Of a DNA stretch of 64,000 nucleotides, positions 56,359-64,000 are shown in pieces. Source of the stretch: Escherichia phage UGKSEcP2. The position numbers and the translations under genes were made by a program. Within the stretch, counting starts at the first letter, position 1, and each line of letters starts with the position of its first letter. The stretch is from sequence record OV876900; one strand, written 5' to 3'. Under the pieces are notes generated by a model. It searched no databases and was not told where the DNA came from. It worked only from the letters and a program-made list of their open reading frames with translations.

Positions 56359-59307
56359 ATGGCTACTTTAAAACAAATACAATTTAAAAGAAGCAAAACT
56401 GCAGGTCAACGTCCTGCTGCTTCAGCATTAGCCGAAGGTGAATTGGCTATTAATTTAAAAGATAAAACAATTTTCACAAAAGATGACTCAGGCAGTGTTA
56501 TAGAATTAGGTTTAAAATATGGAGGAACAATTGATGGTTCTTTAACTGTTAATGGAAATATAATTGGAAATTTAACAGGTAACGCTGCAACTGCAACGAA
56601 ATTGCAAACACCTAGGAAAATTAACGGTATATCTTTTGATGGGTCAAAGGACATTACCTTAACTCCATCTGACATAAATGTCAATAGCACAACATTTATA
56701 AAAAATAACGGCGAATTACCTGTTGACGCTAATTTAGATGAGTATGGACCCACTGAAGAGTATCTTGGTGTTTGGTCGAAATCTACTTCAACAAATGCGC
56801 AACCTGCAAATAAATTCCCAGAAGAAAATGCCGTAGGTGTATTAGAAGTATTTGTGGCCGGTCAATTTGCTGGTACTCAGAGATATACTGTAAGATCTGG
56901 TAACGTTTATATTCGTTCCTTATCTGCTAAATGGAATGGTGTAGATGGTCCGTGGGGTGTGTGGCGTAATGTTCAAGCGTCAACTCGTCCACTTTCACAA
57001 ACGATTGACCTTGATAGCTTGGGAGAATTAGAACATTGTGGCTTATGGCGAAACAGTTCAAGCGCAATCGCATCATTTGATCGCCATTATCCAGAAGAAG
57101 GATCAGCCGCACAAGGATTTTTAGAAATATTTGAAGGTGGTTTATACACGAGAACGCAGCGTTATACTACCCGCATGGGTATGGTTTATACTCGTTGTCT
57201 CGCTGCTGCATGGGATGCTAGTGCACCTAAGTGGGAGGAATGGAAGCAGGTTGGTCATGGCACACCAGCGACTTTCTATGACGGAGACCTGAATGATTTT
57301 AAAACTCCTGGGTTATATAATATTTTAGGTACTGATGCCGTTATTAACTGTCCTACAGGTGAAGGTTTACCAGCCGTTATTGTTGGTTTGCTGGAAGTTA
57401 AACAGCGTGCTTCTGGTGGTGCTATTTTCCAACGTTTCACTACCGCAGGAACGGGTGCAACTACTCGCGATCGTATTTTTGAGCGTGCATATACTGGTAG
57501 TGCGTGGGGTGCATGGAACGAAGTATATACATCTTATTCTCTGCCAATTACTTTGGGTATGGGTGGCATTAAAGCTCAATTAGCGGAGTTAGATTGGCAA
57601 ACCTTTGATTTTGTCCCTGGTAGTATGTTTAGCGTTCCTTTGAATAAAATAAAGAACATGCCAGCAAATATGAATTGGGGGACGATTGATGGAAACTTGG
57701 TTATGTTTTCTGTCGGTCCTAGCGAACATACTAGCACAGGGCGTACTGTTCAGGTTTGGCGTGGTACTGTATCCCAGACAAACTACCGCTATTTTGTCGT
57801 TCGTGTATTCGGTAATTCAGGAAATAGAACTTGCACAGTTCGTCGTGTTGTTCTTGAAGACGGATCACATACTTGGACTGCTCAACAAAACTTTAGAGGA
57901 TTGCTGAATATCACTGCTGCTGTTAATCTTGGCGCTAATCAGAAAATTTCACTTGCTCCAGGAGCATATATTCAAGCTCCTGCTAGCGGTTCTGGTTCTA
58001 ATACTTACGCAAATCAGAATACTACCATTGCGCCATTATATCAGGCCATTGACGATTCAAATAAAAACCAGTTTGCGCCAATTGTTAAACAGAAAAACAC
58101 TGTAACAAATATTACTATGGCTTCTGGTATGGATATTGCTAGTTCAGAATATCGTATCGTTGCTCAGGGTGATTTATCCGCTACTGGAACTACAGCCGCT
58201 GAATTAGCTACATGGCGTTTCTTGCCGTCGGGCCGATTCATGTCACAAAGTCGAGTTTATGCTGGAGCAGCATTCCTTAATACCGATGGTAATATTGCTG
58301 GTTCTATCTGGAAGAAATATAATAATGCAACCAATTTAGACGCTGCTTTGAATACTCGCGTGGGTAAAGGCGGTGATATTATGACCGGACGCTTGACAAT
58401 TCAAAGCCCAGGTGATTCTATTGTATTATCAGCACCTGCTAGTAATTCTTTGCGTATTCGTGGTGACGTAGACGGGACTGGTAACTGGTATATTGGTAAG
58501 GGTGGTGATGATAATGGATTAGCGTTCTATAGTTATGCTACTAATGCTGGTGTATACATTACAAATGCAGGGGATATCGCGCTAAGTCCAAAAGGCGTCG
58601 AAATGGCTCATGTTAATAACATTCGATTATATGTTCATGGTGAACGTTGGACCGCTAGTCAACCAGGTGATTGGGGCAACCAATGGCGAGTAGAAGCGCC
58701 AATATTCGTCGATCATGGTTATGTTGGACCAGATAGCTATTATCCAATTATTAAAGGAAGAAGTGTAGTCACCAATCAAGGGTTTGTAACTTCCGTCGAT
58801 CTTGGTATTCGTCGTATCCCTAATAATTGGGGACAAGCAATTATTCGTGTTGGATCTGCGGAGGCTTCTCCTGATGCTGGTCATCCTAACGCGATATTCG
58901 AGTTCCACTATGATGGGTTCTTTTATGCACCAGGAAATGGAAGTTTTAATGATGTGTATATTCGTTCCGATGGTCGTCTTAAGATTAATAAAAAAGAGCT
59001 AGAAAACGGAGCGGTTGAAAAAGTTTGCCGACTGAAAGTTTATACTTACGATAAAGTTAAGTCTATTAAAGACCGTAGTGTTATTAAACATGAAGTTGGT
59101 ATTATTGCGCAGGATCTTGAAAAGGAATTGCCGGAAGCTGTATCTAAAGTTGAAGTTGATGGATCTGATGTTCTGACAATTTCTAACTCTGCTGTGAATG
59201 CTCTTTTAATTAAGGCCATTCAGGAAATGAGCGAAGAAATTAAAGAATTGAAAACACCTTTCTTCACTAAAATTGCTCGCAAAATTAGTAATTATTTTAA
59301 ATTCTAA
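56359..59307 (+). CDS. 37: long tail fibre distal subunit gp37 with C-terminal intramolecular-chaperone-like domain
   Basis: 982-aa ORF; N-terminus shares motifs with gp36; C-terminal ~113 aa begin [13 protein letters not shown]. Confidence 0.9.
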   Translation: MATLKQIQFKRSKTAGQRPAASALAEGELAINLKDKTIFTKDDSGSVIELGLKYGGTIDGSLTVNGNIIGNLTGNAATATKLQTPRKINGISFDGSKDITLTPSDINVNSTTFIKNNGELPVDANLDEYGPTEEYLGVWSKSTSTNAQPANKFPEENAVGVLEVFVAGQFAGTQRYTVRSGNVYIRSLSAKWNGVDGPWGVWRNVQASTRPLSQTIDLDSLGELEHCGLWRNSSSAIASFDRHYPEEGSAAQGFLEIFEGGLYTRTQRYTTRMGMVYTRCLAAAWDASAPKWEEWKQVGHGTPATFYDGDLNDFKTPGLYNILGTDAVINCPTGEGLPAVIVGLLEVKQRASGGAIFQRFTTAGTGATTRDRIFERAYTGSAWGAWNEVYTSYSLPITLGMGGIKAQLAELDWQTFDFVPGSMFSVPLNKIKNMPANMNWGTIDGNLVMFSVGPSEHTSTGRTVQVWRGTVSQTNYRYFVVRVFGNSGNRTCTVRRVVLEDGSHTWTAQQNFRGLLNITAAVNLGANQKISLAPGAYIQAPASGSGSNTYANQNTTIAPLYQAIDDSNKNQFAPIVKQKNTVTNITMASGMDIASSEYRIVAQGDLSATGTTAAELATWRFLPSGRFMSQSRVYAGAAFLNTDGNIAGSIWKKYNNATNLDAALNTRVGKGGDIMTGRLTIQSPGDSIVLSAPASNSLRIRGDVDGTGNWYIGKGGDDNGLAFYSYATNAGVYITNAGDIALSPKGVEMAHVNNIRLYVHGERWTASQPGDWGNQWRVEAPIFVDHGYVGPDSYYPIIKGRSVVTNQGFVTSVDLGIRRIPNNWGQAIIRVGSAEASPDAGHPNAIFEFHYDGFFYAPGNGSFNDVYIRSDGRLKINKKELENGAVEKVCRLKVYTYDKVKSIKDRSVIKHEVGIIAQDLEKELPEAVSKVEVDGSDVLTISNSAVNALLIKAIQEMSEEIKELKTPFFTKIARKISNYFKF

Positions 59308-59311
59308 CAGC

Positions 59312-59331
59312 AGGGGGCTTTGCCCCCTTTT
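59312..59331 (+). terminator. stem-loop between genes 37 and 38
   Basis: GGGGGC-TTT-GCCCCC followed by TTTT, immediately before the gene 38 RBS. Confidence 0.55.
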
Positions 59332-59341
59332 GGAGAAAATT

Positions 59342-60124
59342 ATGGCAGTAGTTGGTGTTCCTGGTTGGATTGGAAGTTCATCCGTAAATGAAACAGGACA
59401 ACGATGGATGAGTCAAGCGGCTGGTCAATTAAGATTGGGTGTTCCTTGCTGGATGAGTCAATTTGCAGGTCGCTCAAGAGAAATTATTCACACGCTTGGA
59501 GCAGACCATAACTTCAATGGTCAATGGTTCCGAGATAGATGTTTTGAGGCAGGTAGTGCACCTATAGTGTTTAATATCACTGGAGATTTAGTATCATATT
59601 CTAAAGATGTTCCTTTATTCTTCATGTACGGAGATACACCGAATGAATATGTTCAGTTGAACATACATGGTGTAACGATGTATGGCCGTGGCGGGAATGG
59701 CGGTAGCAATAGTCCTGGCTCAGCTGGGGGTCATTGTATTCAAAATGATATTGGTGGGAGACTAAGAATTAATAATGGCGGAGCTATTGCTGGCGGCGGT
59801 GGCGGCGGTGGCGGCGGGTATTATTCTCCTTTTTCACAAATGAGATTGACCTTTGGCGGTGGCGGCGGTCGTCCGTTTGGCGCACCGGGCGGATCTATTG
59901 ATATGCAATCAGGAGCAACTGCTGGTACTATTTCTGCGCCAGGCGCAGGGTCTGTGAACGGTATCTACAACGGCGGGTCTGGTGGTGAAGTTGGCTCCGC
60001 AGGAGGTAGATGTAATATTCGTGGTCAAGGATATGAATACGATGGCGGAGCTGCTGGTTATGCCGTCATAGGGTCTACACCGACATGGCAAAACGTTGGA
60101 GCAATATATGGTCCAAGAGTATAA
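59342..60124 (+). CDS. 38: gp38 receptor-binding adhesin with glycine-rich motifs (T2 type)
   Basis: 260 aa from ATG at 59342 (track ORF starts at upstream TTG); poly-Gly runs [11 protein letters not shown] and [10 protein letters not shown]. Confidence 0.8.
   Translation: MAVVGVPGWIGSSSVNETGQRWMSQAAGQLRLGVPCWMSQFAGRSREIIHTLGADHNFNGQWFRDRCFEAGSAPIVFNITGDLVSYSKDVPLFFMYGDTPNEYVQLNIHGVTMYGRGGNGGSNSPGSAGGHCIQNDIGGRLRINNGGAIAGGGGGGGGGYYSPFSQMRLTFGGGGGRPFGAPGGSIDMQSGATAGTISAPGAGSVNGIYNGGSGGEVGSAGGRCNIRGQGYEYDGGAAGYAVIGSTPTWQNVGAIYGPRV
59792..59879 (+). repeat. GGY codon repeats encoding poly-glycine runs in gene 38
   Basis: GGCGGCGGTGGCGGCGGTGGCGGCGGG and a second GGCGGTGGCGGCGGT block. Confidence 0.8.
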
Positions 60125-60154
60125 TTTGAATAAATATCCTTAAAAGGAGGGTCT

Positions 60155-60811
60155 ATGGCAGCACCTAGAATATCACTTTCGCCCTCTGGTATTCTGTTTG
60201 GTGTTCTAGATCGCTTGTTCAAAGATAACGCTACCGGGAAAGTTCTTGCTTCCCGGGTAGCTGTCGTAATTCTTTTGTTTATAATGGCGATTGTTTGGTA
60301 TAGGGGAGATAGTTTCTTTGAGTACTATAAGCAATCAAAGTATGAAACATACAGTGAAATTATTGAAAAGGAAAGAAATGCACGCTTTGAATCTGTCGCC
60401 CTGGAACAACTCCAGATAGTTCATATATCATCTGAGGCAGACTTTAGTGCGGTGTATTCTTTCCGCCCTAAAAACTTAAACTATTTTGTTGATATTATAG
60501 CATATGAAGGAAAATTACCTTCAACAATAAGTGAAAAATCACTTGGAGGATATCCTGTTGATAAAACTATGGATGAATATGCAGTTCATTTAAATGGACG
60601 TCATTATTATTCAAACTCAAAATTTGCTTTTTTACCAACTAAAAAGCCTACTCCCGAAATAAATTACATGTACAGTTGTCCATATTTTAATTTGGATAAT
60701 ATCTATGCTGGAACAATAACCATGTACTGGTATAGAAATGATCATATAAGTAATGACCGCCTTGAATCAATATGTGCTCAGGCGGCCAGAATATTAGGAA
60801 GGGCTAAATAA
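60155..60811 (+). CDS. t: holin T
   Basis: 218-aa ORF, single N-terminal TM segment; GGAGG RBS. Confidence 0.93.
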   Translation: MAAPRISLSPSGILFGVLDRLFKDNATGKVLASRVAVVILLFIMAIVWYRGDSFFEYYKQSKYETYSEIIEKERNARFESVALEQLQIVHISSEADFSAVYSFRPKNLNYFVDIIAYEGKLPSTISEKSLGGYPVDKTMDEYAVHLNGRHYYSNSKFAFLPTKKPTPEINYMYSCPYFNLDNIYAGTITMYWYRNDHISNDRLESICAQAARILGRAK

Positions 60812-61084
60812 TTATTTGTTCGTATACATCTCTAGATATCGATATACACCCTCAAAACCCTCGTTGAATTCGTCGATGAGGGTTTTCTTATCTTCTTGAG
60901 TTAATTCAGAAACAATTTTACGGAATGAATTCTGATTTAACTTTCTACCTTCATGCGTTACTCCAATCTCATTCAGAAATGCAATAAAATTAGCGCGATT
61001 CTCAACAATATCTTCTCTGGAAAATTTAATCAAAATAGACGCAACAGTAATAATTTCACGAACTGTATCAATATTTTTATTCAT
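60812..61084 (-). CDS. asiA: AsiA anti-sigma-70 factor
   Basis: 90-aa ORF recognised as T4 AsiA. Confidence 0.93.
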   Translation of the reverse strand: MNKNIDTVREIITVASILIKFSREDIVENRANFIAFLNEIGVTHEGRKLNQNSFRKIVSELTQEDKKTLIDEFNEGFEGVYRYLEMYTNK

Positions 61085-61245
61085 TAACTATACCACTCAA
61101 TTAGTTGACTTTGTTATAATATCATCAGACGCTTGATTTGTAAACTGGTCTGTGGTATTTTCTTCAAAAATTTTTTCTACGAATTCCTTGAACGACTTAC
61201 GTTCCTGAGCTACATTATGCTCGATTACTTTTTCAAGATTATGAC

Positions 61246-61524
61246 TCATTCGAAATAATCTTCAATTTCATAATCAAGGACATAAATCATTATAGTTTTT
61301 AATACATCATCAATACTTTTTCCTGGAGCTGGAATTACGTAAAAATATCCCGCCTTTGAGTTATCTTTATAAGTTCCAATCAAGAAATCATTATTCCCAA
61401 GATGTAGTTCTTCAACTAATTCATTAACAATTGAGTGGTATAAATTTGGTAGAAACTTGTATAGCTTTTCTAGAATATCAATTTTGATTGTGTATTGAAC
61501 CACAGACTGAGAATCAATAATCAT
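61246..61524 (-). CDS. arn: Arn-like protein (putative inhibitor of modification-dependent restriction)
   Basis: 92-aa acidic ORF at the T4 arn position. Confidence 0.65.
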   Translation of the reverse strand: MIIDSQSVVQYTIKIDILEKLYKFLPNLYHSIVNELVEELHLGNNDFLIGTYKDNSKAGYFYVIPAPGKSIDDVLKTIMIYVLDYEIEDYFE

Positions 61525-61601
61525 AGACCTTCCCCTTATGTTTCTGTTTGCGATTAGATTCTTTAAACGCTTTCTTCTTATCCTTATGGACAGAAGCTTT
61601 A

Positions 61602-61826
61602 TTAAAATTGTGTTTTGCGACTAAATTGTTCATAGTGCTGAATTACCTCTCTCAAACACTTGCATGTGAATGAAAACTTTTTAGCTACACCACATTCAAA
61701 TATATGTTCTCTTAAATCACGTGTGTCAGTATATCCCATCTCAACAATAAAATGTCTTATTAGATTTTTATCTTTATCATTGAGAGAATTAAAATAATCG
61801 GATTTTGAATTAATTTCCCTGGCCAA
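61602..61826 (-). CDS. hypothetical protein
   Basis: 74-aa ORF. Confidence 0.5.
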   Translation of the reverse strand: MAREINSKSDYFNSLNDKDKNLIRHFIVEMGYTDTRDLREHIFECGVAKKFSFTCKCLREVIQHYEQFSRKTQF

Positions 61827-62106
61827 ATTGAATCACCTTCAGTTGACGTTTTAGTTCTTTTATCATTTCTTCGTTCATCGCAATATAAAGATCGCGTAAA
61901 GCAGGTTTTAACATTCCATTTACTGGAGAACTAAATGGACATACATAATCTTTTCCTACGAGCTTTTTGGTGAATTCCATATCACAGAACTGAAATGCCG
62001 GTTCATTGGCATAAATTCCCCAATTAGTTGACATCATTTTATTGGCATATTCCAACGCCTGGATTTGATTCTTAATTCCATCAATTTGAAACTTTTTAAT
62101 ATTCAT
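61810..62106 (-). CDS. hypothetical protein
   Basis: 98-aa ORF. Confidence 0.5.
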   Translation of the reverse strand: MNIKKFQIDGIKNQIQALEYANKMMSTNWGIYANEPAFQFCDMEFTKKLVGKDYVCPFSSPVNGMLKPALRDLYIAMNEEMIKELKRQLKVIQFGQGN

Positions 62107-62567
62107 TAGTAAAGGTCCTCAGAGTAAAGTTCTTTTTCACTACCACCGCGTTCAATACGTACTTGTCCGGCGTAAGTTGCAATAATCATTGCTTCTTCAC
62201 GTGTCCAGTAATTGCTATACTGATCAATAAACCCTTGGTCATCATCACAAACTTGCTGAGTAACTAATTGGGGTTTAACTACATCTAAAACTTCTGCCAT
62301 ATCTTTAGAATAATGACGAGCACCTGGAATAACAAGAGTTCGTCCATCTTTTAATTTAAAACGGTTGGCGGCACAAACAATTCGTCGTTGATACTTTTGG
62401 TTTTCATCCCAGTATGCGGTCTGCCAACAGATTTCAGGAACTTCTTTCAGAATATCTTCTTCTGTGCATTTATAACCATGTGCTTTAAATTTTTCAACAA
62501 GACTTTCTGGAGTTTCACGAGATAAAGGAACATTCAGCATTTTTAAACGATTAATAAATGGGTTCAT
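62106..62567 (-). CDS. hypothetical protein
   Basis: 153-aa ORF. Confidence 0.55.
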   Translation of the reverse strand: MNPFINRLKMLNVPLSRETPESLVEKFKAHGYKCTEEDILKEVPEICWQTAYWDENQKYQRRIVCAANRFKLKDGRTLVIPGARHYSKDMAEVLDVVKPQLVTQQVCDDDQGFIDQYSNYWTREEAMIIATYAGQVRIERGGSEKELYSEDLY

Positions 62568-62908
62568 TTAAACCATCCTTTAATACGCTGCCACAGAGTT
62601 TTCTGTTGAGCTTTGTTAACACCAATTGAGCGAATAACTGGTTGAGATTCCTGGAATTCTTTATAATCAGCAAGGTAAATTTCGTAAGCCGATTGAACAA
62701 AGGTACTAATCGCTGCCATGAAGTTTTTACGTACACCGCCAGGAGCTACTCCGTTAGGTAATTCAGAATTTTCACGAATAATTAAATATAGCCCAGTTCT
62801 AACTTTAACAATAGTTCCAAGATAAGCTCCATGATACCAGATATCCCACCCCTCTTGAGTGGGTTCTGCACAACGACGAAGTTCATTAACAATTTCTAAC
62901 TTGTTCAT
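62564..62908 (-). CDS. hypothetical protein
   Basis: 114-aa ORF. Confidence 0.55.
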   Translation of the reverse strand: MNKLEIVNELRRCAEPTQEGWDIWYHGAYLGTIVKVRTGLYLIIRENSELPNGVAPGGVRKNFMAAISTFVQSAYEIYLADYKEFQESQPVIRSIGVNKAQQKTLWQRIKGWFK

Positions 62909-62918
62909 TATTTATTCC

Positions 62919-63554
62919 TCACAGTTCAGATGCTACGGTGATTACTGCTTCAATGTTTTCTGCCGAGCGTTTAATGTCAAGATACACATTGCCGTTTTTA
63001 GCGATTTTACATGACATTCCAATATCAGTAAATTTCTGAATATGGTGTTCCATCATTTTGTATCCAAAAATTCGCATATTTCCATTGTTATTAATTTCAA
63101 AATTACGAATTCCGTGAGTGCGTTTTTCTAAAATAGCAAGATAGTTACTGCGGTAAGTTTCAACCTTTTTAAGAACAAATCCATTTTCATCTAAAAGTTT
63201 TAGCATAAGGTCTTTATCTTCTTCCATATCGGAAGTAATCTCACGAGCTTTACGAGTTGCTCGTTTTTTCAGTAGTTCAGGAGCATTTTCCTGTGCATAT
63301 AAAGTTGCCGCATTTGAAATAATATCCTGAGCTTCACCAGTAATGATTAATCCATCACCAGATTTCTCCACCAGGCCTTTTTTAATCAATACCCCAATAT
63401 TACTATTAACTACTGCGTTACCTAAATCTGGATGCACCTCACGAACTTCTGCGGCTGTAATGAAATCTTTCTTAGCAATGGTAATTAAAATCGCAGCAGT
63501 TTTTTCATTCAGAACATCGTTAGAAGCTTTGATGATGTAAGTTACTTTAGACAT
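62919..63554 (-). CDS. motA: MotA middle-transcription activator
   Basis: 211-aa ORF recognised as T4 MotA; early promoter upstream. Confidence 0.93.
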   Translation of the reverse strand: MSKVTYIIKASNDVLNEKTAAILITIAKKDFITAAEVREVHPDLGNAVVNSNIGVLIKKGLVEKSGDGLIITGEAQDIISNAATLYAQENAPELLKKRATRKAREITSDMEEDKDLMLKLLDENGFVLKKVETYRSNYLAILEKRTHGIRNFEINNNGNMRIFGYKMMEHHIQKFTDIGMSCKIAKNGNVYLDIKRSAENIEAVITVASEL

Positions 63555-63591
63555 TTTAATCTCCGTTTCAGTTCATTTATTTGATAGGTCT

Positions 63592-63620
63592 ATAGTATCA
63601 TGTTTAAAGCAGAAGTAAAC
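63592..63620 (-). promoter_or_regulatory. early promoter GTTTAC-N17-TACTAT (motA)
   Basis: Hexamers on minus strand; conserved leader shared with 63907..63943. Confidence 0.6.
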
Positions 63621-63659
63621 ACTTTTTTGCACTCTTTTTCAAGAGCTCTAATAAAGTAC

Positions 63660-63887
63660 TTACTTAATGTTCAGATTACGAACTTCGATTTCGTCTTCAT
63701 GGGCAAAATCAAACTGTTTGAATTCTGTGTCACCTTTAAATTTAAAAATCATTGTGAAGAAAGTCAGAACACCAGGTTTTTCTTCACGAACTCCACAAAT
63801 ATCATATTCAATACCATCTACAACCAGTTTGTTAGCAGTCAGAGCATTTTTAGCTTTAACGATTTCGTTTTCGATTTTAAATTTCAT
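63660..63887 (-). CDS. hypothetical early protein
   Basis: 75-aa ORF with GGAG RBS and early promoter cassette upstream. Confidence 0.55.
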   Translation of the reverse strand: MKFKIENEIVKAKNALTANKLVVDGIEYDICGVREEKPGVLTFFTMIFKFKGDTEFKQFDFAHEDEIEVRNLNIK

Positions 63888-63935
63888 TTTTGTATCTCCG
63901 GGTTGTTTGTTTCAGTTCATTTATTTGATAGTTGT

Positions 63936-63965
63936 ATAGTACCACAGTATGCTTTGGTTGTAAAC
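63936..63965 (-). promoter_or_regulatory. early promoter GTTTAC-N18-TACTAT (ORF 63660..63887)
   Basis: Same cassette as 47268..47297. Confidence 0.6.
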
Positions 63966-64000
63966 CGTTTTGTGAAAAAATTTTGAAATAAAAAAGGGAG

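Overview
This window is a contiguous piece of a T4-like (T-even, Tequatrovirus-type) myovirus genome, colinear with phage T4. It runs from the 3' end of tail sheath gene 18 through gene 19, the head module (20-67-68-21-22-23-24), rnlB-hoc-inh-uvsW-uvsY, the baseplate hub genes (25-26-51-27-28-29-48-54), alt, DNA ligase 30 with its small-ORF cluster, rIII, 31, cd, pseT, the spanin pair, alc, rnlA, denA, nrdB, nrdA, td, frd, 32, 59, 33, dsbA, rnh, long-tail-fibre genes 34-38, holin t, asiA, the arn-region ORFs and motA. Gene calls rest on reading the supplied translations against T4 proteins as I remember them; no searches or alignments were run, so numbering of small hypothetical ORFs is left open. 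Late genes carry TATAAATA promoters; early minus-strand genes carry GTTTAC-N17/18-TAnTAT promoters. Regulatory-site coordinates were indexed by eye and may be off by 1-2 bp. I see no CRISPR array, tRNA, integrase or transposon, and no convincing evidence of a wholly new multi-gene system. The leads worth a second look are: a Hoc enlarged by two extra tandem Ig-like repeats, two tandem Alt-type ADP-ribosyltransferase genes, a T2-style gp37/gp38 adhesin module, a NADAR-like/HAD-like gene pair next to alt, repeated early-promoter cassettes, and a few extra small ORFs. td and nrdB are intron-less and no segD-like gene sits between inh and uvsW.
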